A stretch of DNA of 64,000 nucleotides from positions 397,606,001 through 397,670,000 of the forward strand of contig OZ024741.1 in assembly GCA_964016885.1 (NCBI GenBank), read 5' to 3'. The notes beneath the pieces were generated by a model, which saw only the letters and a program-made list of their open reading frames with translations, was not told the DNA's origin and did not search any database. Shown here in pieces: positions 49,491-62,800 of this stretch. The translations under genes were made by a program, and so were the position numbers. Every line of letters begins with the position of its first letter. The stretch's first letter is position 1. This DNA is from Eledone cirrhosa. Lineage: Eukaryota.

Positions 49491-52400
49491 TATCTAGTAC
49501 CACACTATCTAGTACTACACTATCTAGTACTACACTATCTAGTACCACACTATCTAGTACCACACTATCTAGTACTACACTATCTAGTACCACACTATCT
49601 AGTACTACACTATCTAGTACCACACTATCTAGTACCACACTATCTAGTACCACACTATCTAGTACTACACTATCTAGTACCACACTATCTAGTACTACAC
49701 TATCTAGTACCACACTATCTAGTACCACACTATCTAGTACTACACTATCTAGTACTACACTATCTAGTACCACACTATCTAGTACCACACTATCTAGTAC
49801 CACACTATCTAGTACCACACTATCTAGTACCACACTATCTAGTACTACACTATCTAGTACCACACTATCTAGTACTACACTATCTAGTACCACACTATCT
49901 AGTACCACACTATCTAGTGCCACACTATCTAGTGCCACACTATCTAGTACCACACTATCTAGTACTACACTATCTAGTACCACACTATCTAGTACCACAC
50001 TATCTAGTACCACACTATCTAGTACCACACTATCTAGTACTACACTATCTAGTACCACACTATCTAGTACCACACTATCGGGTGCCACACTATCTAGTGC
50101 CACACTATCTAGTACCACACTATCTAGTACCACACTATCTAGTACCACACTATCTAGTGCCACACTATCTAGTGCCACACTATCTAGTACCACACTATCT
50201 AGTACCACACTATCTAGTACTACACTATCTAGTGCTACACTATCTAGTACTACACTATCTAGTACCACACTATCTAGTACTACACTATCTAGTGCTACAC
50301 TATCTAGTACCACACTATCTAGTACCACACTATCTAGTACTACACTATCTAGTGCTACACTATCTAGTGCTACACTATCTAGTGCTACACTATCTAGTGC
50401 TACACTATCTAGTACTACACTATCTAGTGCTACACTATCTAGTACCACACTATCTAATACCACACTATCTAGTGCCACACTATCTAGTGCCACACTATCT
50501 AGTGCCACACTATCTAGTACCACACTATCTAGTGCCACACTATCTAGTGCCACACTATCTAGTGCTACACTATCTAGTGCTACACTACCTAGTACCACAC
50601 TATCTAGTACCACACTATCTAGTGCTACACTATCTAGTACCACACTATCTAGTGCCACACTATCTAGTGCCACACTATCTAGTGCCACACTATCTAGTAC
50701 CACACTATCTAGTGCTACACTATCTAGTACTACACTATCTAGTGCTACACTATCTAATACCACACTATCTAGTGCCACACTATCTAGTACTACACTATCT
50801 AGTACCACACTATCTAGTACTACACTATCTAGTACCACACTATCTAGTGCTACACTATCTAATACCACACTATCTAGTGCCACACTATCTAGTGCCACAC
50901 TATCTAGTACTACACTATCTAGTACCACACTATCTAGTGCTACACTATCTAGTACCACACTATCTAGTGCTACACTATCTAGTGCTACACTATCTAGTAC
51001 TACACTATCTAGTGCTACACTATCTAATACCACACTATCTAGTGCCACACTATCTAGTGCCACACTATCTAGTACTACACTATCTAGTGCTACACTATCT
51101 AGTGCTACACTATCTAGTACTACACTATCTAGTACCACACTATCTAGTACCACACTATCTAGTGCTACACTATCTAGTACCAAACTATCTCGTGCTACAC
51201 TATCTAGTACTACACTATCTAGTACCACACTATCTAGTACCACACTATCTAGTACTACACTATCTAGTACCACACTATCTAGTACCACACTATCTAGTGC
51301 TACACTATCTAGTACCACACTATCTAGTGCCACACTATCTAGTGCCACACTATCTAGTACCACACTATCTAGTACTACACTATCTAGTACCACACTATCT
51401 AGTACCACACTATCTAGTACCACACTATCTAGTACCACACTATCTAGTACCACACTATCTAGTACTACACTATCTAGTACCACACTATCTAGTACCACAC
51501 TATCTAGTGCTACACTATCTAGTACCACACTATCTAGTGCTACACTATCTAGTACCACACTATCTAGTACTACACTATCTAGTGCTACACTATCTAGTGC
51601 TACACTATCTAGTACTACACTATCTAGTGCTACACTATCTAGTACCACACTATCTAGTACCACACTATCTCGTGCTACACTATCTAGTACCATACTATCT
51701 AGTACCACACTATCTAGTACCACACTATCTAGTACCACACTATCTAGTACCACACTATCTAGTACCACACTATCTAGTGCTACACTATCTAGTACTACAC
51801 TATCTAGTACCACACTATCTAGTACCACACTATCTCGTGCTACACTATCTAGTACCACACTATCTAGTACCACACTATCTAGTACCACACTATCTAGTGC
51901 TACACTATCTAGTACCACACTATCTAGTACCACACTATCTCGTGCTACACTATCTAGTACCACACTATCTAGTACCACACTATCTAGTACCACACTATCT
52001 AGTACCACACTATCTAGTACTACACTATCTAGTACCACACTATCTAGTACCACACTATCTCGTGCTACACTATCTAGTACCACACTATCTAGTACCACAC
52101 TATCTAGTACCACACTATCTAGTGCCACACTATCTAGTGCCACACTATCTAGTACCACACTATCTAGTACCACACTATCTAGTACTACACTATCTAGTGC
52201 TACACTATCTAGTACTACACTATCTAGTACCACACTATCTAGTACTACACTATCTAGTGCTACACTATCTAGTACCACACTATCTAGTACCACACTATCT
52301 AGTACTACACTATCTAGTGCTACACTATCTAGTGCTACACTATCTAGTACTACACTATCTAGTGCTACACTATCTAGTACCACACTATCTAGTACCACAC

Positions 52401-54200
52401 TATCTAGTGCTACACTATCTAGTACCACACTATCTAGTACTACACTATCTAGTGCTACACTATCTAGTACTACACTATCTAGTGCTACACTATCTAGTAC
52501 CACACTATCTAGTACTACACTATCTAGTACCACACTATCTAGTACTACACTATCTAGTGCTACACTATCTAGTACTACACTATCTAGTGCTACACTATCT
52601 AGTACCACACTATCTAGTACCACACTATCTAGTACTACACTATCTAGTACCACACTATCTCGTGCTACACTATCTAGTACCACACTATCTAGTACCACAC
52701 TATCTAGTACCACACTATCTAGTACTACACTATCTAGTACCACACTATCTAGTACTACACTATCTTGTGCTACACTATCTAGTACCACACTATCTAGTAC
52801 CACACTATCTAGTACCACACTATCTAGTACTACACTATCTAGTGCTACACTATCTAGTACCACACTATCTAGTACCACTCTATCTAGTGCTACACTATCT
52901 AGTACCACACTATCTAGTACCACACTATCTAGTGCTACACTATCTAGTGCTACACTATCTAGTACTACACTATCTAGTGCTACACTATCTAGTACCACAC
53001 TATCTAGTGCTACACTATCTAGTGCTACACTATCTAGTGCTACACTATCTAGTACCACACTATCTAGTACCACACTATCTAGTGCTACACTATCTAGTGC
53101 TACACTATCTAGTACTACACTATCTAGTGCTACACTATCTAGTACCACACTATCTAGTACCACACTATCTAGTGCTACACTATCTAGTGCTACACTATCT
53201 AGTACTACACTATCTAGTGCTACACTATCTAGTACCACACTATCTAGTGCTACACTATCTAGTGCTACACTATCTAGTACCACACTATCTAGTACCACAC
53301 TATCTAGTACTACACTATCTAGTACTACACTATCTAGTACTACACTATCTAGTGCTACACTATCTAGTACCACACTATCTAGTACCACACTATCTAGTAC
53401 CACACTATCTAGTGCTACACTATCTAGTACCACACTATCTCGTACTACACTATCTAGTGCTACACTATCTAGTACCACACTATCTAGTGCTACACTATCT
53501 AGTACCAAACTATCTCGTACTACACTATCTAGTGCTACACTATCTAGTACCACACTATCTAGTGCTACACTATCTAGTGCTACACTATCTAGTACCACAC
53601 TATCTAGTGCTACACTATCTAGTGCTACACTATCTAGTACCACACTATCTAGTACCACACTATCTAGTACCACACTATCTAGTACCACACTATCTAGTAC
53701 CACACTATCTAGTACCACACTATCTCGTACTACACTATCTAGTGCTACACTATCTAGTACCACACTATCTAGTGCTACACTATCTAGTACCACACTATCT
53801 AGTACCACACTATCTAGTGCTACACTATCTAGTACCACACTATCTCGTACTACACTATCTAGTGCTACACTATCTAGTACCACACTATCTAGTGCTACAC
53901 TATCTAGTACCACACTATCTAGTGCTACACTATCTAGTGCTACACTATCTAGTACCACACTATCTAGTACCACACTATCTAGTACCACACTATCTAGTAC
54001 CACACTATCTAGTACCACACTATCTAGTACCACACTATCTCGTACTACACTATCTAGTGCTACACTATCTAGTACCACACTATCTAGTACCACACTATCT
54101 AGTACTACACTATCTAGTGCTACACTATCTAGTACTACACTATCTAGTGCTACACTATCTAGTACTACACTATCTAGTACTACACTATCTAGTACTACAC
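49491..54200. repeat. 15-nt satellite (tatctagt(a/g)c(c/t)acac)n, about 314 copies
   Basis: Exact period 15 over 4710 bp. Confidence 0.98.
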
Positions 54201-54202
54201 TC

Positions 54203-54452
54203 TATAGGTTTGTGGTTGAGCCTGTAACAATAGAGACTTCCGGCATTCTTAACCGCTGGACCACATCCCTGTTATCGGAGCGGAGTTAACTGTCTGCTGG
54301 TGTGAGCCCCACAGGGTGGAGTGACTGATCCAACATGTCTCCCTCACCGCTGTCATCCTGCAGGGCAATGTCTGCTGGTGTGAGCCCCACAGGGTGGAGT
54401 GACTGATCCAACACGTCTCCCTCACCGCTGTCATCTTCCAGGGCAATGTCTT
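54203..54452 (+). mobile_element. Degenerate RLE-endonuclease C-terminus of a CRE-like non-LTR element, with a 78-nt internal duplication
   Basis: Plus strand YRFVVEPVTIETSGIL and EPHRVE*LIQHVSLTAVILQGNV resemble YxFxPxxxETxG...QRxSxAxxRGNA. Confidence 0.5.
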
Positions 54453-54659
54453 CTCCATCCTGCCAGGACCACAAAGTGGTTATCCCACTTTTTTCCTCTT
54501 CACTTCCAAACACTCTAATGGGATCTGTTACCATGTTACAACCATTATTTTTTATAAAATAATAGGGGTCTATGTGTCCCTTTGTGTCTATGTGTCCCTA
54601 TGTGTCCCTTTTATTACAACAGATATTTCAAAGTGTGATTTGCCCAAAGATCTGACCGG

Positions 54660-56500
54660 CAATTCTTTCCTAAGACATTCTAACCACATGTCTGTAGTAT
54701 CGGATCTGTGATCTCTCAATTCTGAGAGATAGCAGCTCTACCTGAAGTGACTCTCTGATCTCCGAGCTACAAATCTGTCCAGTGATTCTTTCTTGTGACA
54801 TTCTAACCCCATGTCCATAGTATCGGAGCTGTGACTCTCTGATCTCCGAGCTACAAATCTGTCGAGTGATTCTTTCTTAAATCATTCTAACCACATGTCC
54901 ATAGTATCGGAGCTGTGACTCTCTGATATCCGAGCTACAAATCTGTCCAGTGATTCTTTCGTGTGACATTCTAACCCCATGTCCATAATATCAGAGCTGT
55001 GACTCTCTGATCTCCGAGCTACAAATCTGTCCAGTGATTCTTTCTTGTGACATTCTAACCCCATGTCCATAGTATCGGAGCTGTGACTCTCTGATCTCCG
55101 AGCTACAAATCTGTCCAGTGATTCTTTCTTGTGACATTCTAACCACATGTCCATAATATCGGAGCTGTGACTCTCTGATCTCCGAGCTACAAATCTGTCC
55201 AGTGATTCTTTCTTGTGACATTCTAACCCCATGTCCATAATATTGGAGCTGTGACTCTCTGATCTCCGAGCTACAAATCTGTCGAGTGATTCTTTCTTGT
55301 GACATTCTAACCCCATGTCCATAGTATCGGAGCTGTGACTCTCTGATCTTCGAGCTACAAATCTGTCGAGTGATTCTTTCTTAAATCATTCTAACCACAT
55401 GTCCATAGTATCGGAGCTGTGACTCTCTGATATCCGAGCTACAAATCTGTCCAGTGATTCTTTCTTGTGACATTCTAACCCCATGTCCATAATATCGGAG
55501 CTGTGACTCTCTGATCTCCGAGCTACAAATCTGTCCAGTGATTCTTTCTTGTGACATTCTAACCCCATGTCCATAGTATCGGAGCTGTGACTCTCTGATC
55601 TCCGAGCTACAAATCTGTCCAGTGATTCTTTCTTGTGACATTCTAACCCCATGTCCATAATATCGGAGCTGTGACTCTCTGATCTCCGAGTTACAAATCT
55701 GTCCAGTGCTTCTTTCTTAAGTCATTCTAACCACATGTCCATAGTATCGGAGCTGTGACTCTCTGATCTCCGAGCTACAAATCTGTCGAGTGATTCTTTC
55801 TTGTGACATTCTAACCCCATGTCCATAGTATCTGTGACTCTCTGATCTCTGAGCTACAAATCTGTCCAGTGATTCTTTCTTGTGACATTCTAACCCCATG
55901 TCCATAATATCGGAGCTGTGACTCTCTGATCTCCGAGCTACAAATCTATCCAGTGATTCTTTCTTGTGACATTCTAACCCCATGTCCATAGTATCGGAGC
56001 TGTGACTCTCTGATCTCCGAGCTACAAATCTGTCGAGTGATTCTTTCTTGTGACATTCTAACCCCATGTCCATAGTATCGGAGCTGTGACTCTCTGATCT
56101 CCGAGCTACAAATCTGTCCAGTGATTCTTTCTTGTGACATTCTAACCCCATGTCCATAATATCGGAGCTGTGACTCTCTGATCTCCGAGCTACAAATCTG
56201 TCCAGTGATTCTTTCTTGTGACATTCTAACCCCATGTCCATAATATCGGAGCTGTGACTCTCTGATCTCCGAGCTACAAATCTGTCCAGTGATTCTTTCT
56301 TGTGACATTCTAACCCCATGTCGATAGTATCGGAGCTGTGACTCTCTGATCTCCGAGCTACAAATCTGTCCAGTGATTCTTTCTTGTGACATTCTAACCA
56401 CATGTCCATAATATCAGAGCTGTGATCTCTTAATTCGGCTCTACCATAAGTGACTCTCTGATCTCCAAGCTACACATTCTAACAAGTTACGTTACTCCAA
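54660..56500 (-). repeat. 84-nt satellite (about 20 copies) derived from RTE coding sequence
   Basis: Minus strand unit SSEIRESQLRYYGH(G/V)VRMSQERITGQIC; flanks match the RTE fragments at 16070-16310 and 34868-35385. Confidence 0.9.
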
Positions 56501-56573
56501 AGACCCTTCAGAGGGATGCCATTTCAGTTCCTTGTATTCACAATAAACTATATAAAGAAGGAGATAATGACAG

Positions 56574-56788
56574 TTAACCCTTTAACATTTACATTACTTC
56601 ATATTTACTATTGTATTTTCATAGTAAACACTTTATCTCATAATTATCTCACATAATATCGAATCTATGAGATTTTGATATTATATATTTTGAGAACAAT
56701 ACCTTAACATAAGTATGAGCAGCTGGTTATGGCCAGTTTGAACAGAAAGAGATTAAAGATACAGCCGGTTCTAATGCTAAAGGGTTAA
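56574..56788. mobile_element. piggyBac-type MITE
   Basis: ttaaccctttaacattt...aatgctaaagggttaa. Confidence 0.75.
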
Positions 56789-56851
56789 TTGAATTGAAGG
56801 AATGTTTTATGTGATTTGTTTTTGTCATGTTTCATGTGTGAGATGTCCTGA

Positions 56852-56885
<34 letters not shown>

Positions 56886-57199
56886 TGTCCTGAAAGTGTA
56901 TGTGTGTTATGTCCTGAAAGTGTGTGTGTGTGTAACGTCCTGAAAGTGTGTATATGTGTGTGTGTGATGTCCTGAAAGTGTGTGTGTGTATGTGTGATAC
57001 ACTTAAAGTGTGTGTGTATGTTTTCAAATTCCCATTGTATAAACCCAACATTGTATAAACCAGACAGAACCCTACACAAACAATGGCTGCACAATAAATC
57101 TGTTGGGAACTGTCTTATCTAAAGAGGACAACTGTATCTCTTGACCTTGTCTATATAGTTGTTGACATTGTAAAGAACTGAGAAAATATAATACAGTGG

Positions 57200-57822
57200 T
57201 GTGATTGGAAGATAATGTAATAGTATGATGTGATTGGAAGATAATGTAATAGTATGATGTGATTGGAAGATAATGTAATACTATGATGTGATTGGAAGAT
57301 AATGTAATACTATGATGTGATTGGAAGATAATGTAATAGTATGATGTGATTGGAAGATAATGTAATACTATGATGTGATTGGAAGATAATGTAATACTAT
57401 GATGTGATTGGAAGATAATGTAATAGTATGATGTGATTGGAAGATAATGTAATACTATGATGTGATTGGAAGATAATGTAATACTATGATGTGATTGGAA
57501 GAAAATGTAATACTATGATGTGATTGGAAGATAATGTAATAGTATGATGTGATTGGAAGATAATGTAATAGTATGATGTGATTGGAAGATAATGTAATAC
57601 TATGATGTGATTGGAAGATAATGTAATACTATGATGTGATTGGAAGATAATGTAATACTATGATGTGATTGGAAGATAATGTAATACTATGATGTGATTG
57701 GAAGATAATGTAATAGTATGATGTGATTGGAAGATAATGTAATACTATGATGTGATTGGAAGATAATGTAATACTATGATGTGATTGGAAGATAATGTAA
57801 TACTATGATGTGATTGGAAGAA
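57200..57822. repeat. 29-nt minisatellite (tgatgtgattggaagataatgtaata(c/g)ta)n, about 21 copies
   Basis: Period 29. Confidence 0.95.
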
Positions 57823-57979
57823 AATATAGACAGTCTGTGAAATATTTGACCACAAGCCACCCATGCCCAATACAGACAGTAACAGCGACAACCTATGAAT
57901 ATATTTTGGTGATGTTTCTGTGAGGTTTCTAGCAATAGTTAGTCTTTGTTTGTGTTTATCAATGACATTATATTTGTAA

Positions 57980-58620
57980 TGATCTGAGTTCAAATCCCGC
58001 CGAGGTTGACTTTGCCTTTCATCCTTAAGGGGTCAATAAAATAAAGTACCAGCAATGCACTGGGTAATTGCTGGCCTTGTGCCATAAGTAGAAACAATTA
58101 TGTATATATACAAGGTGTCAACAGAATTCTAATAAATATTGCCTGTACAGATAATCAAAGTGTGTATACATTTTTGGGGGACATCCTGTATATATTGTTT
58201 ACTAAAATTAGGTGGTGGATTAGTAGTATTGGTAGAGGGTCGGACGCCATGCTTTAGAGATAGAGTTACGGCCCTTTATGATCTGAGTTCAAATCCCGCC
58301 GTGGTTAACTTTGGCTTTCATCTTTACAGGGTCAATAAAATAAAGTACCTGTCGTGCACTGGGGTCGATTTAATTGACTTCCCCGTCCCCCCAAATATCT
58401 GGCCTTGTGCCTATATAAGAAACCATTATTTACCGGTGAATTGGCAGTATCGGTAGAGGGTCGGACGCCATGCTTTGACGCATAGAGTTACGGCCCTTGC
58501 CATTCTGAGTTCAAATCCCGCCGAAGTTAACTTTGCCTTTCATCCTTACGGTGTCGATAAAATAAAGTACCAGTAATCTACTGGGTAATTGCTGGCCTTG
58601 TGCCAAAAGTAGAAACAATT
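57980..58620 (+). mobile_element. Three tRNA-derived SINE copies (57980-58100, 58210-58430, 58432-58620)
   Basis: tggcagtatcggtagagggtcgga head, gagttcaaatccc B-box, ttcatccttacggggtcgataaa central domain. Confidence 0.85.
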
Positions 58621-59157
58621 ATTTACTAAAATTAATGTAATTGTTAAAACATGTTAAATATTTGACCACAGTGCACTTGGCTGGCAACAACTCTGGAAAT
58701 ACTGCGGAAGAATCATTTAGAATTGCAATCAAGTTTCTTCTAGAATAAAACCAAATTATCTCTATAGAAATAAGACAAAAATAAATTAATAAAACCCTTT
58801 CATTATTTATTATTCGAAACTGTGAATAATGAATAAAATAAACAAATAAATAAAATATATAAAATAAATATATAAAAGAAGGCAGGTTTTGGTATTCAAG
58901 AAACATCTGGTGTTTTTCTACAACATTCTATAGAAATGTCCATCCACAATACCAGTTTTAAACCTACTGCAGCTCCAATAGTCAATTAGGTGAAAAGATT
59001 GAATACATGAAAAACTCAACTGTAAAAAAGCTAAACAGAAATTACTAGAATTTACAATTTCCTTTTTTATTATTATTTTTATTATTATTTTTATTATTAT
59101 TGTTATTTCATCTCTTTGGTTTCAATAGTTTTTGTTCTCTTTTTCCCTCTCACTCCC

Positions 59158-59161
59158 TCTA

Positions 59162-59193
<32 letters not shown>

Positions 59194-59415
59194 TCACACT
59201 CTCTCTCTCTCTCTCTCTCTTACACACACACACACTCTCTCACACACTCACACTCTCTCTCACACACACACACACTCACACACTCTCTCTCTCTCTCTCT
59301 CTTACACACACACACACTCTCTCTCTCACACACTCACACTCTCTCTCTCTCACACACACTCTCTCTCTCACACACACTCACACACACTCTCTCTCTCACA
59401 CACACACTCTCTCTG
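59158..59415. repeat. (CT)n/(CA)n compound microsatellite
   Basis: Direct inspection. Confidence 0.9.
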
Positions 59416-59449
59416 TCTTTTTCACATTTATTATTTTCTTACGTTCCTT

Positions 59450-59572
59450 TACGATCTGAGTTCAAATCCCGCCGAGGTTGACTTTACCTTTCATCCTTAC
59501 GGGGTCGATAAAATAAAGTACCAGTAATGCACTGGGTAATTGCTGGCCTTGTGCCTAAAGTAGAAACAATTA
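59450..59572 (+). mobile_element. 5'-truncated SINE copy
   Basis: Matches 58500-58620. Confidence 0.8.
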
Positions 59573-59894
59573 TTTTCTTACAAATTTCATTACATTTCAT
59601 CATTAGTCCCCTTTTCTCTCTCACCCCCTCCCCTATCGCCCTATATATATTTTTTTTTTTGGGGGGGGGGGGCACAAACCCTCCATCTCAACTCTACTTT
59701 TGAAAAGCAGAACTGCGAAACCGGCAAAGGAACCAAATAAATATATAAATTTTATAAAAAGACTCCAGTTGCATTTTCGATTTCATCTTTTGTCCTTATA
59801 CTTTCACTCGTGTAGGACACCTCGGTTATTTTTCATTTTGTGAAAAAAACCTCACTTTCTAATATATATATACATATACATATATATATATATA

Positions 59895-62800
59895 TGCCAA
59901 AGTTAAAGTCAAATTCACCTCGTGGACGAGAATGCGAGCACTCCTCTTTGTTTCGTCCGCGGATGGCTAACATAACCCTATCTCCTCCCGCCCCCCACCA
60001 CCCCCACCCTCCAAACGCAACCCAAAACTTCAGAGTTGGTACCATAAATGTAGGCACCCTAAAGGGTCGCGCTAACGAGGTTGTAGAAATGCTTGAACGT
60101 AAGGAGGTCGATGTTTGTTGTATTCAAGAGACCAGGTGGAGGGGTGGGTCTGCTAGATTCATTGAGGGTAAAAAACGATGTTATAAGCTTTTCTGGGTGG
60201 GAAACGACGATGGGCTGGGTGGAGTAGGAATCATGGTAGCAGAAAAGTGGGCAGATAAGATAATAGACGTAAATAGAGTGAACGACAGAATAATTAAAAT
60301 AAGACTTGTCCTCAATAGAACTACGGTGACAGTAATATCTGCGTACGCACCCCAATCCGGACTGCCCGGCACTATAAAAGACAGATTCTATGAGACACTG
60401 TTGCTAACTACCTCCCAAATATCTGACAGTGACTATATAATTATTGCAGGCGACCTAAATGGTCACGTTGGACAACATTGTGACGGCTACGACGAAATCC
60501 ATGGAGGCTATGGGTTTGGTACTAGAAATGAGGAAGGCTCCAGAATTCTGGAATACTGTGATGCAAATAACCTAACTATCTGTAACACTAACTTCAAAAA
60601 AACGTGACAATCACCTGATTACCTATAGATCCGGGGAACACACAAGCCAGGTAGATTATATCCTTACCAGAAGACGTGACAGAGTGTCTGTTGTAAACAC
60701 TAAATCCCTCCCCCATGAAGAATGCACCTCCCAACATAGACTGATAATTAGCGACCTCATAGTCAGGATGAGACGTACCCGACAGCAGAAGAGGACTATC
60801 CTCAGGAGGAAAATATGGAAACTAAAGGACCCCACAGCCAGAAATAAATTTCAAAGCATATTACTTGATGCTTTCGACAGTAAGGAAGAGCATCTAGAAT
60901 CGGACAATATAGAGGGACAGTGGAAATTTCTGAAAGCAAACCTGCTGTTGGCGACAGACGAAGTCTGTGGCTGGAGCAGGCCTGTAGGCAGGAGGAGAGT
61001 AACATGGTGGTGGAACAATAGGGTGGAGGGGTCAATTAAGGCCAAAAAGCAGGCTTGGAAAGTATGGCGGGATTCGGGGAAGTAGAGTAGACTATCAAGT
61101 GGCCAGGAGGGAAGCTAGGAGAGAAGTGTACTTAGCAAGAAGGGAAGCTGAGGAAAGAAAGTTCAAGCATGTTCTACAACGCGATGACCAAAAACGTGAG
61201 GTGTTCAGGATTGCCAGGCAATGCGTCAAGGAAAACCGTGATATTGTCGGGGAGAAGTGTGTACTTAACGATGATGGCATACTTGCCATCACCGACACTG
61301 ATAAGAAGGTAGCTTGGAAGTGTCACTATGAAAGGCTACTAAATGAGGAGAATAAATGGGAGAAAGACAGTCTCCCCCATATCGACCCGATAGAGGGACC
61401 AGCAGTGTTAGTCGAGGGGAGTATAATAAGTAAGGCAATCAAGGATATGAAGACTGGTAAGGCGGCTGGGCCTTCGGAAATAGTTGCTGAGATGCTGAAG
61501 GCATCTGGCACGGTGGGACACACCATGGTCACCCGCATAGTTAACCAAGTCGTACAGAATGGGGTTGTTCCGAAGGACTGGCATAGCAGCATCATCGTTA
61601 ACTGTTATAAGGGTAAAGGAGACGCCCTAGATAGGAGTAACTATAGAGGCATTAAATTAATCGACCAGGTCATGAAGGTCACGGAAAAAGTAATAGCGCA
61701 ACTAATCAGAGAGAGAATTGATCTAGATGAAATGCAGTTCGGGTTTGTGTCAGGCAAAAGCACCACAGACGCTCTTTTCATAGTACGACAACTACAGGAG
61801 AAGTACCTAGCTAAAGGTAAACCCCTCTACTTAGCTTTTGTCGACCTGGAGAAAGCCTTCGACAGAGTCCCCCGCTCCATTATCTGGTGGGCTCTTAGAA
61901 AACTAGGCGTTGACGAATGGCTTGTGAGGGCTATACAAGCCATGTATAAAGAAACAGTCAGCAAGGTTAGAATTAACAACGAATATAGTGAAGAGTTTAG
62001 CGTAAAAGTTGGCGTCCATCAGGGCTCTGTTCTCAGCCCCCTACTATTTATTATTGCCCTTCAGGCTATAACAGAGGAGTTCAAGACAGGCTGCCCATGG
62101 GAACTCCTATACGCAGACGACCTGACACTCATAGCGGAATCAATGGCCGAGCTAGAGAAGAAATTCCAAACATGGAAGCACGGCCTAGAGTCAAAAGGAC
62201 TTAAAATTAACCTGGCTAAGACCAAAGTTCTAGTTTGTAGGAAAGAAAACAAGGCGGCGGTCCCTTCTGGGAAATGGTCGTGCTCGGTATGTAGGAAAGG
62301 CGTAGGTAGAAACTCCATCTTATGTCCTAAATGCAAAGTATGGGTGCATAAAAGATGTAGTGGGATCACAGGTAAGCTAACTAAGAACATAGACTTTACA
62401 TGTGGCCGGTGTTCTGGTGCAATAAGTAGCAGCAAGTGCCCACAAAATACTAGCTCTTTCAATTGCGCAGAGGGTTCTATAGAAATAGTGGACAGCTTCC
62501 GTTACCTGGGCGATAAAATCAGCAGTGGGGGAGGGTGCTCTGAAAGTACTGTAGCTAGAGTCAGAACTGGTTGGAAAAAGTTCAGAGAGCTTATACCACT
62601 ATTAGCTGCTAAAGGGTTCTCCCTAAAAATGAAAGGCAGGTTGTACGATGCCTGCATACGAACAGCAATGTTGCATGGTAGTGAGACCTGGGCATTGTGT
62701 GCAGAGGATATACGCAGACTAGAGAGGAACGAAGCTTGCATGCTCCGCTGGATGTGTAACAGTAATATACGTGAACGGCAAAGCATAAACGAACTAAGGA

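Noticed and set aside
49455-54227. 1590-aa and 1541-aa ORFs on opposite strands
   Set aside because: Automatic result of a stop-free 15-nt unit; no signal peptide, domain or splice context
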